Assembly (NCBI GenBank): GCA_035457485.1
Contig: DATIBO010000006.1
Coordinates: 242,659-306,658 of the forward strand
Direction: 5' to 3'
DNA from: Candidatus Saccharimonadales bacterium
GTDB lineage: Bacteria; Patescibacteriota; Saccharimonadia; Saccharimonadales; EFPC-124
Length of the DNA stretch: 64,000 nucleotides
The position numbers were made by a program, and so were the translations under genes. Positions 8,991 to 18,993 of this stretch are shown one piece after another; position 1 is the first letter of the stretch, and each line of letters opens with the position of its first letter. The notes beneath the pieces were generated by a model that saw nothing but the letters and a program-made list of their open reading frames with translations, did no database searches and was not told where the DNA came from.

Positions 8991-10337
8991 ATGGGTGTTT
9001 TGGATTCCAAATTAGATTTGATTATAAAAAAGTCGCACAAAATTGGTAGCGAATATGAAACTGCTGCCGAAGATTCGCCTATCGCTGACGCTGCGAATTT
9101 AATTTTAGAGTATGGAATAAAAGCTCGCGCATCCGATATTCATCTTGAACCGCGCGAAGATGCTTTGGTGGTTCGATTTCGCGTTGATGGTATTTTGCAG
9201 TCAGACGATAAACTGCCAAAAAACTTGTCTGCGCCAATTGCGCTTCATATCAAAAATCTTTGCAACCTAAAAACTACAGAAAACCGAGTTCCGCAAAATG
9301 GCATGTTTAGGTTTGTGGCAGCGGGCAAAGTGTACACGCTTAAGGTTTCAACCCTGCCAATCCAAGATGGCGAGAAGCTTGTTGTAAAAGTTTTGGACGA
9401 ATCCAAAAAGGACCTTAGTCTGCAGCAGCTTGGTTTTTGGGGTCATAGTCTAAAATCGCTTAATGCTGCGATTAAACAATCACGCGGACTAGTAATCATT
9501 TCAGGTCCAACCGATTCCGGAAAGACTGCAACTTTGTACCAAATTTTGAATTCTCTGAATAACCCTGACGTGTGCATTTCCACTATCGAAGACCCCGTGG
9601 AATACAAGATTAGTAGCATCAATCAGAGCCAAGTTAATTTAAAAGCGGATGTAACTATGGCCGATGGGTTGTGCGCTCTTCTTAGGCAAGATGCAAATAT
9701 TGTGATGGTGGGAGATATTCGTGACTATGAAACGGCTGATTTAACTACTCATGCAGCATTAACTGGTCGTTTGGTTTTTGCGGCAATCAACTCGGTAAAA
9801 GCCAGCGACTACTTTGCGCGAATGTCTGCTATGGGAGTAGAACCTTACTTGACGGCGAGCGTCACAAGAACAGTTGTAAACCAGCACTTAATTCGAAAAC
9901 TTTGTCCAGATTGCAAAAAATCTTATAAACCGAACAAAGCCGAGTATCAAGCGGTTATGGCGGCTCTGTGCATAGATGCCAATTTAGAATCGACTCAGAT
10001 TGAGCAATTAGAATCCATGGCGATCGACCAAGGTGTGGGCGCTGATTCTGGTAAAACTGCCTCTTTTACGAATGGCGTAATAACTAAAATGTGGCGCGCA
10101 AAAGGTTGCGATGCATGTGGACATTCTGGGTACAAAGGACGAACCACTGTTAACGAGGTCTTAGTAAACTCTGAATCAATCCAACATCTTGTAATGTGCA
10201 AGGCGCCAACGAATGAAATCCGGGCTGAAGCCAAAAAAGAAGGCATGGTAACTCTTAAAATGGATGCATTTGTAAAGGCCTTACGAGGCGAGACCAGCGT
10301 AGATGAATTGTTGAAGCTAGCGCGCGTATTAAATTGA
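8991..10337 (+). CDS. GspE/PilB-family secretion ATPase paralog with degenerate catalytic motifs
   Basis: Walker A GPTDSGKT and Asp box STIEDPVEY are present. It has VMVGDIRD where GEIRD is expected and TGRLVFAAINSV where TGHLVLSTLHTN is expected. The tetracysteine motif CPDCKK...CDACGHSG is retained. It is ~120 aa shorter than PilB at the N-terminus. Confidence 0.8.
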   Translation: MGVLDSKLDLIIKKSHKIGSEYETAAEDSPIADAANLILEYGIKARASDIHLEPREDALVVRFRVDGILQSDDKLPKNLSAPIALHIKNLCNLKTTENRVPQNGMFRFVAAGKVYTLKVSTLPIQDGEKLVVKVLDESKKDLSLQQLGFWGHSLKSLNAAIKQSRGLVIISGPTDSGKTATLYQILNSLNNPDVCISTIEDPVEYKISSINQSQVNLKADVTMADGLCALLRQDANIVMVGDIRDYETADLTTHAALTGRLVFAAINSVKASDYFARMSAMGVEPYLTASVTRTVVNQHLIRKLCPDCKKSYKPNKAEYQAVMAALCIDANLESTQIEQLESMAIDQGVGADSGKTASFTNGVITKMWRAKGCDACGHSGYKGRTTVNEVLVNSESIQHLVMCKAPTNEIRAEAKKEGMVTLKMDAFVKALRGETSVDELLKLARVLN

Positions 10338-10396
10338 CAACGAATACGCTTATGATTGATAATTTAATTATACATTCTTATTAATTAGGGGGCCTC

Positions 10397-10858
10397 ATGC
10401 TTCAAAAAGCGTTACAAAAAGGTTTTACAATAGTCGAGCTTCTGATTGTTGTTGTAGTTGTTGGGGTGCTAGCATTCTTAGTGTTTAATGCTTTTTCTAC
10501 GGTTCAAAATCGTTCCGATGATTCCCAGCGACAGACTGACATAACGGCGCTTGCGACTCAGCTTGAAGTTTACTATCGAGCCAATAATACGTATCCTGCT
10601 TTTAGCCAGATAGATTCTACAGAAAAAGCTGTAGTGCTTTTGCCTGATTTAAACCCAGATAACTTGAATGCGCCTGGCCAAGGTTATAGTCTGCAAGGAA
10701 ACGCAAGTACAAATAAAAATCAGTACGGATACGTAACCAACCCGGCCAATTGTAACGGAACTGCCGAGAACCCCTGTACAAGTTTTGTCTTGAGCTTTAC
10801 AAAAGTTAGCCCGTCTTCGGGTGAAACGAATCCGATTCTTAAAAATAGCCTAAATTAA
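10397..10858 (+). CDS. Type IV pilin-like protein
   Basis: QKGFTIVELLIVVVVVGVLAF prepilin signal; C-terminal Cys pair (NCNGTAENPC). Confidence 0.85.
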   Translation: MLQKALQKGFTIVELLIVVVVVGVLAFLVFNAFSTVQNRSDDSQRQTDITALATQLEVYYRANNTYPAFSQIDSTEKAVVLLPDLNPDNLNAPGQGYSLQGNASTNKNQYGYVTNPANCNGTAENPCTSFVLSFTKVSPSSGETNPILKNSLN

Positions 10859-10882
10859 TTTTGCCCACATCTGTTATAATAT

Positions 10883-11368
10883 TTGCAAATGATTAAGATT
10901 AATTGCAAAGATGTTGAACAAACCAAAAAGCTCGGCGCGGCTATTGGGCGGGTTTTGCGTGGAGGTGAGGTATTTGAGCTTAAAAGTGATCTTGGTGGTG
11001 GCAAGACGACTTTTACTAAAGGCTTGGCTGTCGGCATGGGTGTGGCAGATGTAGTTCAGAGCCCGACTTTTACGATTAGCTTTATCCATAAAGCGGCGCG
11101 CGATTTAGAGCTTCATCACTTTGACTTTTACCGATTGCAAGACGCTGGCATAATGAACGAAGAGCTCAAAGAATCTTTGAACCAACCTAATACTGTTGTT
11201 GTGATCGAGTGGGGTGATATTGTTCATAAAATTTTGCCAGGCGATTTGATCAGTGTGACTTTGCGTGTTCAAAATGACGAGAGTCGTGATATCGAGTTTG
11301 AAATCCCAGAAAATTTTGATTACATAACTAATGCGGTAAAAAAGTTTAACAATGATTCTCACAATTAA
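10883..11368 (+). CDS. tsaE: tRNA t6A37 biosynthesis ATPase TsaE
   Basis: GEVFELKSDLGGGKTTFTKGL P-loop and VQSPTFTI motif. Confidence 0.85.
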   Translation: MQMIKINCKDVEQTKKLGAAIGRVLRGGEVFELKSDLGGGKTTFTKGLAVGMGVADVVQSPTFTISFIHKAARDLELHHFDFYRLQDAGIMNEELKESLNQPNTVVVIEWGDIVHKILPGDLISVTLRVQNDESRDIEFEIPENFDYITNAVKKFNNDSHN

Positions 11369-11741
11369 AACAGACAGTCCTACAGCTGAACTTACTATTT
11401 TTAGCAATGGCAAAAGAACAGATGAATATATCTGGGAAGCCAATCGCGAACTTGCACGTGATCTGCTTAAAAAAATCCAAGAACTTTTACGTAAAAATAA
11501 CGCAGACTTTAATGATTTAACAGGACTTGTGGTTTACAGTGGTCCAGGGTCGTTTACTGGTTTACGAATCGGACTTACCGTTGCGAACACGATCGCCTAT
11601 GGTCAGAACATTCCAATAGTTGGTTCAACTGGCGACGACTGGCTGCAGGATGGTTTGCAAAAGATTGCATCTGGGCAAAACGATAAAGTTTCAATGCCTT
11701 ATTACGGGGCTGAAGCAAATATTACTGCGCCTAAAAAATAG
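11352..11741 (+). CDS. tsaB: tRNA t6A37 biosynthesis protein TsaB (short form)
   Basis: VVYSGPGSFTGLRIGLTVANTIAY motif. Only 129 aa; overlaps tsaE by 17 nt. Confidence 0.7.
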   Translation: MILTIKTDSPTAELTIFSNGKRTDEYIWEANRELARDLLKKIQELLRKNNADFNDLTGLVVYSGPGSFTGLRIGLTVANTIAYGQNIPIVGSTGDDWLQDGLQKIASGQNDKVSMPYYGAEANITAPKK

Positions 11742-11928
11742 AATCGACGGTTATTTGGACAAATTTGACGTAAATTATCCAACAAGCGTACAATAAAAAC
11801 AGGTTTTAATTTGTGAACCAACTGACCGATTTCAATAACTTTTTATATTTTCAGAATTCCAGAACCGCTTGGCATGTTGTGCCATGCGTGCAAGCTTTGT
11901 CAAACGGTGGCTGAGAAAGGATAACATT

Positions 11929-13446
11929 ATGGAGCTAGGAATAATCTTAGCCGCTGTAATCGGCGCTGCGGCCGGTGCGGGCGGTTTGTTTGTTGTTAAC
12001 CAAAAGCAAGGCGCTGCTGGCGCGGCAAGGGCTGATAAAATTCTAGCAGAGGCTAAAAGCGCCGCAAAAAAGATCGAACTCGAAGCTAAAGACAAAGCTT
12101 TAGAGATTACCAACGAGGCCACCAAAGAAGAACAAAAGCGTCGCAAGGACTTAACTGCCGTAGAGTCGCGCATGGCCGAGCGTGAAACCTCGCTTGATAA
12201 AAAGCTAGAAGAACTCGACAAGCGCAGCGAAAAGCTTCGTAAAGAAGAGGGCGAAGTTGATGATTTGAAGAATGAAATTCGTGAAATTCGCAAAAAACAA
12301 CTAGAAAAGCTAGAGAAAGTCGCCGGTCTGACTAAAAGCGATGCCGCCGACAAACTTATGCAAATGACCGAAAAAGATATCCAAAAAGATCTCGTTGGAT
12401 TGGTTAGCAAGTTGCAAAATGACGCCGTAAAAGACGCCGAAGAGCAAGCCCAGACAATTTTGGTTAGCGCTATGGAGCGAATGGCGAGCGAAGTTACGAG
12501 CGAAAAAACTGTTACTGCGATCAGACTTGAAGATGAAGAGATGAAAGGCCGGATTATCGGTAAAGAAGGTCGTAATATTCAAGCTTTGCAGCGTGAAACT
12601 GGCGTAGATATTTTGGTGGACGATACGCCCGGCATGATTGTGCTTAGTAGTTTCGATCCGATTCGTCGTCAAGTTGCGCGAATTGCACTCGAAATGCTGA
12701 TGAAAGATGGCCGAATTCACCCTGCGCGAATTGAAGAAGTTGTGGCGAAAGCTCAAAAACAGATCGACAAAGAGATTCTTCAGGCTGGTGAGGATGCAGT
12801 TCGTGAAGTTGGAGTGGTTGGGCTTGTTCCAAAAGAGATGGTCCATTTGCTTGGTGAACTAAAATTCCGTACAAGTTATGGGCAGAACGTGCTTAAGCAT
12901 TCTACCGAAATGGCACACATTGGCGGACTGATTGCCCAGGAAATTGGTGCGAATGTGCGGAATGTTAAAGTCGCAGCTTTGTTGCATGATGTGGGTAAGG
13001 CGTTAACTCACAAAATTGAGGGTAAGCACCATCATATTAGCGCCGAAATGGCGCGCAAATATGGAATGCCAGATGATATAGTCCATGCAATTGAAGCTCA
13101 TCACGACGACATAGAGGCGACTACACCCGAAGCTTTGGTTGTTCGTGTGGTTGACGCGCTCAGCGCTGCTCGCCCTGGTGCGCGAAACATTAGTGCCGAG
13201 AACTTTGCCGAACGAATGCGCGAACTTGAAAACGTTGCAAAAAGCTTTGACGGAATTGAAAAAGCGTATGCAATTAGTGCTGGTCGTGAAGTCCGCGTGA
13301 TTGTAAGGCCGCAAAGAATCGATGATTTGGGCGCGATTAAACTTGGTCGTGATATTGCCACAAAAATCGAAAGTACTATGCAGTACCCTGGAACGATAAA
13401 AGTTACAGTTATCCGCGAGACTCGCGCAATAGAATATGCTAAGTAG
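11929..13446 (+). CDS. rny: Ribonuclease Y
   Basis: N-terminal TM (MELGIILAAVIGAAAGAGG), KE-rich coiled coil, KH domain IIGKEGRNIQALQ, HD domain LLHDVGKA. I chose the ATG at 11929 rather than the track start at 11869. Confidence 0.93.
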   Translation: MELGIILAAVIGAAAGAGGLFVVNQKQGAAGAARADKILAEAKSAAKKIELEAKDKALEITNEATKEEQKRRKDLTAVESRMAERETSLDKKLEELDKRSEKLRKEEGEVDDLKNEIREIRKKQLEKLEKVAGLTKSDAADKLMQMTEKDIQKDLVGLVSKLQNDAVKDAEEQAQTILVSAMERMASEVTSEKTVTAIRLEDEEMKGRIIGKEGRNIQALQRETGVDILVDDTPGMIVLSSFDPIRRQVARIALEMLMKDGRIHPARIEEVVAKAQKQIDKEILQAGEDAVREVGVVGLVPKEMVHLLGELKFRTSYGQNVLKHSTEMAHIGGLIAQEIGANVRNVKVAALLHDVGKALTHKIEGKHHHISAEMARKYGMPDDIVHAIEAHHDDIEATTPEALVVRVVDALSAARPGARNISAENFAERMRELENVAKSFDGIEKAYAISAGREVRVIVRPQRIDDLGAIKLGRDIATKIESTMQYPGTIKVTVIRETRAIEYAK

Positions 13447-13543
13447 GCCCAGCTAGGCAAAGGAGTGCCTAGGACACGATTGAATATCTTGAACTTAGTT
13501 AAAATAACTATACATTCATGGAATATTGTGCCATAATCTGTAT

Positions 13544-13927
13544 ATGGCAGACTTCTCTTACGATACTGTCCGTAGAGCTGCACAAGAGGCTGTGAGTAAC
13601 TTGCAGTCGAGTCTTAACGAAGTCCGCGACAACGTTCATAACTGGCGTAACGATTCTAGGACTAGTGATGTACAGATTAGAATTCAAAACGTCGAACGAT
13701 CTTTAAATGAGCTTAGCCCAATTGTTCAGAGAATGGAAACGTTGATGCAGCAGATGTATCAACAAAACTATACTCAAGAACAATGGCGTAATCAGTTTGA
13801 TGCACAGCGTTTTCATCAGCGAGTTGTAAACATAGAAAAGTATGCAATGGACGTAAATCGTTACTTGCAAGAAATCCATAAACAGATGGGCAGGCTGCTT
13901 GATTCAAGTGATCAGCGTGTACAATAA
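13544..13927 (+). CDS. Hypothetical Q/R/N-rich helical protein
   Basis: ORF inserted between rny and ymdB. No recognisable motif. Start set at the second ATG (MADFSYD). Confidence 0.45.
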   Translation: MADFSYDTVRRAAQEAVSNLQSSLNEVRDNVHNWRNDSRTSDVQIRIQNVERSLNELSPIVQRMETLMQQMYQQNYTQEQWRNQFDAQRFHQRVVNIEKYAMDVNRYLQEIHKQMGRLLDSSDQRVQ

Positions 13928-13932
13928 AACAG

Positions 13933-14733
13933 ATGAATATTCTTTACTTAGGTGATATTATGGGCCGCCCTGGGCGCGATGTTGTTAAAAAGCTTTTACC
14001 AGGTTTGCGTCGCAAATTTAACGTTGATTTGGTGATTGCTCAGGCTGAAAATGTGAGCCACGGTAAAGGCATGACATTTGGCCACATGCTCGAGCTTAAA
14101 GAGCAGGGCGTAGATGTTTTTACTGGCGGAAACCACTCGCCCGAACGCCCGGCCTCGATCACCATGTTTGAAGACCCCAATCAACCCGTGCTTGCACCTA
14201 TTAATCAGCCTGGCGTAAAGCCGGAGTGGGGCGTAAAAAATGTACAAACTAAACTCGGGGCGGTTCAGGTTATAAGCTTGCTCGGAACTACCTTTCCTAA
14301 CCTGAAAGAACCGATCGGGAATCCGCTAAAAGCGATAGATGAAGTTTTGCAAAATACTAAAGATCAAAAATTCGCCGCTCGAATTGTGAATTTTCATGGT
14401 GATTTTTCGAGCGAGAAAAAAGTAGTAGGCTATTATTTAGATGGTCGCGTTAGCGCCGTAATTGGCGATCACTGGCATATACCAACAGCTGACGCCATGG
14501 TCCTGCCAAAAGGTACGGCTCATATAACAGATGTTGGAATGTGCGGAACTTTATTAACAAGCCTAGGCGTAAGTACCGAGATAATTGTAAAACGTTGGCG
14601 CGATGGCGCAAAAAATAAAAACGACATTGCCGAGCACGGACCTTTTCAGTTGAATGCGGTTTTGGTTGAGGTTGGTAAGAGCGGGTTGGCCAAGAGGATA
14701 GAGCAAGTTAATTTGGTTAAAAAAGAATTATAA
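13933..14733 (+). CDS. ymdB: YmdB-family metallophosphoesterase (2',3'-cyclic-nucleotide phosphodiesterase)
   Basis: MNILYLGDIMGRPGR start, GNHS and GDHWH metal-binding motifs, conserved position after rny. Confidence 0.85.
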   Translation: MNILYLGDIMGRPGRDVVKKLLPGLRRKFNVDLVIAQAENVSHGKGMTFGHMLELKEQGVDVFTGGNHSPERPASITMFEDPNQPVLAPINQPGVKPEWGVKNVQTKLGAVQVISLLGTTFPNLKEPIGNPLKAIDEVLQNTKDQKFAARIVNFHGDFSSEKKVVGYYLDGRVSAVIGDHWHIPTADAMVLPKGTAHITDVGMCGTLLTSLGVSTEIIVKRWRDGAKNKNDIAEHGPFQLNAVLVEVGKSGLAKRIEQVNLVKKEL

Positions 14734-14871
14734 GAAGTATTTCTGTTTTTCGGAACTTAGCTGCTGTTGTCAACAAACCATTTCTAAATTGGTAAGAGGG
14801 TTTATGTGCGGTCACGCTCGCTGTTCCGATTGCAAGTTATGGTTATCTCGATGGAAACGGACCGATCTGTG

Positions 14872-14897
14872 AAAAAAGAACTCCATAAAGAGTTCTT
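14872..14897 (-). terminator. Rho-independent terminator after tRNA-Pro
   Basis: On the minus strand, AAGAACTC-tttatg-GAGTTCTT is followed by TTTTTT. Confidence 0.65.
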
Positions 14898-14917
14898 ATA
14901 AACGATGATTTCGTACC

Positions 14918-14993
14918 TGGTCGGGGTGAAAGGACTCGAACCTTCGACCTCACGGTCCCAAACCGCGCGCGCTACCAACTGCGCCACACCCCG
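14918..14993 (-). tRNA. tRNA-Pro (anticodon TGG), CCA encoded
   Basis: Hand-folded cloverleaf: acceptor CGGGGTG/CACCCCG, anticodon loop TTTGGGA, T-loop TTCGAGT. Confidence 0.9.
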
Positions 14994-15087
14994 AGATGTG
15001 ACAAACGTTATTATACCTTAAGTTTGCAATTGCCTCAAGACTAATAACATCTTTAACTTTGTGGCAGATTACCCTACAATTTAGCTT

Positions 15088-16743
15088 ATGGTTATTTCAC
15101 ATGCGCAGACTGACGAACCCGATACTCAGCAGGAACTTACTAGCTTTGTAAAAATATTTTCGCTACTTGGTTTGATTGTGCTGGTTTTGTTTGGTGCTCA
15201 AAGCATTGCGTTTGAAGGCGACTACAGGGTAGGGTATTTTGAATTTATAGCCGGACTTATAATGGGGCTAAACTTTATTACCTTAAAAATTACCAAAAAC
15301 GTTAATGTTGCGCGCAATGTATTGCTGAGTGTATTGCTAGCAATTTTAATGATGATGCTTACGACTGGTGGCCTTCAGGGTACTGGTCTTTATTGGTTTT
15401 ATATTTTTCCGGTAACGGCATTTTTTGTTTCGGGCAAACCACGTGGAATAATCTGGGTTGCAATTTTATATTTGTTTACTCTTGTAGTTTTGGGTTTGGA
15501 TGCGGCTAAAGTTTTAAGTATTCCGTTTAGCGCGATGCAAGTAGTGCAAATGCTGATAATTTTGTTTATTGTGTCGTTCGCTATTTATGTTTATCAGCAG
15601 GTTCGCGAAACGGCAACATCTGCTTCTAAACGCAATAAAGAGGATCTTCAGACTGAACGAGTAAGAGTCGATGCTGTTGTAGAGAACATAGCCGAGGGTG
15701 TAGTTTCTTTGGACGTTGATGGTCGTGTTAATTTTATGAATCGCGCCGCCGAAGATATGTTAGGTTGGTGGCAGCATGACTTGCAAGGTAAAAAGTTTGT
15801 GAACGTTGTCAAAACGCAAAACGAGAACGGCAAAGAAGTTAAGATGGACGAATGGCCACTTGGTGCAAACAAAAAAGATAAAAAATCTACAGTTTTAAAT
15901 TACATAAAAAAAGACGGAACAAAGTCATTACTTTTAGCAAACGGCTCGCCTATCATGCGTGAAGGCGAGTGTGTGGGCTACGTTGCTAGCTTGCGTGACG
16001 TAGCAGAGGAGCGTGCGATTGAACGCGCAAAAAGCGAGTTTATGACCGTGGCGTCGCACCAGTTAAGGACGCCGATCTCGGCGATATCGTGGTTTAGTGA
16101 AATGTTGCTTAATGGCGACGCTGGAAAACTAAACGATGAGCAAGAACAAGATGTTACGCAGATTCATCAGAGCACGCAGCGAATGGCGCGTTTGGTTGGG
16201 GATATGTTAATTGTAGCGAGACTGGAATTAAATAATCTTCCGGTTGTGCCGCAAGCAATTAACCTGCCGGTGATGTTGCGTAAAGTTGTGAGGGAGCAGC
16301 TGGAGGGTATACCAGAAGGTCGACTGCCGAAGATAAAAGAGCATTTTGATCAAAACATATCAGACATTTATGTTGATCCTGAGATTGTAAAAATAATCTT
16401 ACATAACCTAGTTGGAAATGCCGTAAAGTACACCCCCAAAGGAGGTGATGTGTCGATCGAAGTGATTGGCAGTGGTAATGAACCTGACAGCAAACTGACG
16501 ATTATAGTGAGCGATAGCGGTTACGGAATTCCAAAAGCGCAGCAAGCCAAAATTTTTACCCGATTCTTTAGGGCTGAAAACATTCGCGATAAAGATACCG
16601 ACGGAACTGGGCTAGGTCTTTTTATTGTAAAATCGCTGCTAGACTACATCGGAGGTGATATATCGTTCACATCCGAAGAAAACCAGGGTACGATTTTTGT
16701 AGTGCATTTGCCCTATACCAAAACTATGAGTGGTAAAAAATGA
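15088..16743 (+). CDS. Sensor histidine kinase (polytopic membrane sensor, PAS, HisKA, HATPase_c)
   Basis: About 6 N-terminal TM helices, PAS-like region, H-box VASHQLRTPISAI, G-boxes DSGYGIP and GTGLGL. Confidence 0.9.
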   Translation: MVISHAQTDEPDTQQELTSFVKIFSLLGLIVLVLFGAQSIAFEGDYRVGYFEFIAGLIMGLNFITLKITKNVNVARNVLLSVLLAILMMMLTTGGLQGTGLYWFYIFPVTAFFVSGKPRGIIWVAILYLFTLVVLGLDAAKVLSIPFSAMQVVQMLIILFIVSFAIYVYQQVRETATSASKRNKEDLQTERVRVDAVVENIAEGVVSLDVDGRVNFMNRAAEDMLGWWQHDLQGKKFVNVVKTQNENGKEVKMDEWPLGANKKDKKSTVLNYIKKDGTKSLLLANGSPIMREGECVGYVASLRDVAEERAIERAKSEFMTVASHQLRTPISAISWFSEMLLNGDAGKLNDEQEQDVTQIHQSTQRMARLVGDMLIVARLELNNLPVVPQAINLPVMLRKVVREQLEGIPEGRLPKIKEHFDQNISDIYVDPEIVKIILHNLVGNAVKYTPKGGDVSIEVIGSGNEPDSKLTIIVSDSGYGIPKAQQAKIFTRFFRAENIRDKDTDGTGLGLFIVKSLLDYIGGDISFTSEENQGTIFVVHLPYTKTMSGKK

Positions 16744-18947
16744 AACTTGTAACCAGGGTAGCAATAATAATTGCATTGGTGGCTGTACCGGCTGCAATCA
16801 TTGCCTTCTCTTTTGTCTATAATTTACTTCGCAACGAAATTATAAATCCATCAAAAAACGATCAGCTGACACTCACTAAAAATAATTTAAATACAGTAGA
16901 TAGATTTTTAGAGGAGCGTCAGGTTAGCATTGCGATTTTAGCTGATTCGCAAATTGCTTTAAATTTGGCCAACAATCCCAGTTCGACGCCAGATCTACAG
17001 GCGGCTACAAAAACCCTGTCAAGTTTCGTTGAAGGTACAGGTTACTGGGACTCGGTTGTGATGGTTTCGGGGAATGACCAGATCTTGGCATCGAGTTCAG
17101 CCGACAACTCCGAAATAGAGCAGACACTTAAACAGAATCAAGCGGTTGTCACTAAGGCGCTCGGTGGTGATACTACTTATAGTAATGAGTTTGTTGATCC
17201 CTCGGGAGACCAAACTATGATTTTTGCTTCACCGGTTCAAAATGGAACTGCGGTTATTGGGTTTATAAAATGGCGGGCAATTAGCGATGTTTTAGCGAGC
17301 CTGCCCGGTAATTTAATTGGATTATTTAATAGCGAGGGTAAGATGATCGGGTCGAGCGACCCCGAAGAAATCGTTGTACCTACGGCAGTAACGACCGCTG
17401 GTCAATCCAAAGAGGGTATCGAGGTGGAAACTTTAGATAATGAACAATTCATAGTTTCTTATACTTCGGAAACTGGATATAAAAACTACGCTGGGAACAA
17501 TTGGATCATGACAATTTCCCGGCCGGCCGCCGAGGTCTATACTGTTGCCGAACGTTTGCCTCGCGCTCTGATTGTTTCGTTCAGTCTTTCAACGCTGGGA
17601 GTGATGATCTTGCTCACTTTGTTTATTGCACGCTTGCTGCGCCCGATAAATAATATGACTACTACGGCTAACAAGATTGCCCTCGGTGACCTAACTCAGC
17701 GAGTACAGATTAGGTCTAGTGATGAATTTGGTCAACTTGGAAAGGCCTTTAATAACATGGCTGATCGGTTGCAGTTAATCTACAAAAACCTGGAGAGCAA
17801 AGTTCAGGAGCGAACTAACCAGTTAGCCCAAAAAGTTGATGAAGTAGAGCGTGAGAGAGCTAAAGATGAGGCGATTCTTTCGAGCATTGGTGAAGGTATG
17901 ATCGCGGTGAATGCGGACGGAACTGTCGCGATAGTTAATCGTGTAGCTACACAAATGTTGATGCTTGATGAAAATCAGGTAATCGGTAAACCTGTTTTAC
18001 AGGTTATGAAACTTTTGACCGGGGTTGGCCTACCAGTAATAGACAAAGAATCTCCAGTTGCACTTGCACTTCAAACTGGCAAAATGTCAGACGGTGTTTT
18101 TGGGATGCAAGACGAGCAAGGCAAGCGGCAGATTGCAATTGTTGCGAACCCAATTTTTCAGGACCGTAAGATTATCGGCGCCATTATGATTTTCCATGAC
18201 GTTACAAAAGAGCGCGAAATTGATCGAATGAAAACAGAATTTATTTCGCTGGCGTCACATCAGCTGCGAACACCGCTTTCGGCGATTAAGTGGTTTAGTG
18301 AAATGTTGATTAGTGGCGATGCAGGCAAACTTACCGAAGATCAAACAGAGTTTGCAAAAAATATTTATGCTTCAACCGAACGTATGATTGAGCTTGTAAA
18401 CTCGCTTCTTAACATTTCTAGGATTGAATCGGGCAGAATTATAGTTGATCCTAAGCCAACTGATCTTAAAGAGTTGGTAAATGGAATCGTTCAGGACCTT
18501 AAAGAGAAGCTGGAGCAAAAGCAGCAAACCTTAATAATTAGCGTTCACGAAGATTTAGGTAAGATTAATCTAGACCCTCGCTTGATTAGTCAGGTGTACT
18601 TAAACTTCCTGACTAACGCAATCAAATACACGCCCAAAGGCGGCGAGATATCGGTGTTTATTTCACGCAAGGGCGATGAAGTGGTATCGCAAGTTGCTGA
18701 TAACGGCTACGGAATTCCAAAGGCTCAGCAAAATCGTGTATTTAATAAGTTCTTTAGGGCTGAAAACATTGTTAAAGTTGAAACTGAGGGCACCGGGCTT
18801 GGACTTTATCTCGTTAAGGCCATAGTGGAATCTTCGGGCGGTAAAGTATGGTTCAGGAGTGAAGAGGGCAAGGGCACTAGCTTCTGGTTTAGTCTTCCAA
18901 TCACAGGAATGAAGGCTCGTGCTGGCGAAGTCTCGCTTGACGCATAA
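16740..18947 (+). CDS. Sensor histidine kinase (periplasmic Cache-like domain, HAMP, PAS, HisKA, HATPase_c)
   Basis: Two TM helices flank a ~250-aa extracytoplasmic domain. HAMP-like segment, H-box LASHQLRTPLSAI, DNGYGIP and GTGLGL. ATGA overlap with the upstream kinase. Confidence 0.9.
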   Translation: MKLVTRVAIIIALVAVPAAIIAFSFVYNLLRNEIINPSKNDQLTLTKNNLNTVDRFLEERQVSIAILADSQIALNLANNPSSTPDLQAATKTLSSFVEGTGYWDSVVMVSGNDQILASSSADNSEIEQTLKQNQAVVTKALGGDTTYSNEFVDPSGDQTMIFASPVQNGTAVIGFIKWRAISDVLASLPGNLIGLFNSEGKMIGSSDPEEIVVPTAVTTAGQSKEGIEVETLDNEQFIVSYTSETGYKNYAGNNWIMTISRPAAEVYTVAERLPRALIVSFSLSTLGVMILLTLFIARLLRPINNMTTTANKIALGDLTQRVQIRSSDEFGQLGKAFNNMADRLQLIYKNLESKVQERTNQLAQKVDEVERERAKDEAILSSIGEGMIAVNADGTVAIVNRVATQMLMLDENQVIGKPVLQVMKLLTGVGLPVIDKESPVALALQTGKMSDGVFGMQDEQGKRQIAIVANPIFQDRKIIGAIMIFHDVTKEREIDRMKTEFISLASHQLRTPLSAIKWFSEMLISGDAGKLTEDQTEFAKNIYASTERMIELVNSLLNISRIESGRIIVDPKPTDLKELVNGIVQDLKEKLEQKQQTLIISVHEDLGKINLDPRLISQVYLNFLTNAIKYTPKGGEISVFISRKGDEVVSQVADNGYGIPKAQQNRVFNKFFRAENIVKVETEGTGLGLYLVKAIVESSGGKVWFRSEEGKGTSFWFSLPITGMKARAGEVSLDA

Positions 18948-18993
18948 ACGTAGCTTAGATGATAGTTAAAAAAGTTTATGGTAAAGTATAAGT

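Noticed and set aside
11832-12410. 192-aa Ser/Leu-rich ORF antisense to the 5' part of rny
   Set aside because: This is the mirror image of the Lys/Glu/Ala-rich coiled-coil coding region of RNase Y. It is low complexity, with no independent signals.
13453-13472. Hairpin CTAGGCA-aaggag-TGCCTAG after rny as a terminator
   Set aside because: The stem is short, no T-tract follows, and the next gene is co-directional and probably co-transcribed. It was not annotated.
14802-14987. 61-aa ORF overlapping tRNA-Pro
   Set aside because: It reads through the tRNA gene and its terminator, so it is spurious.
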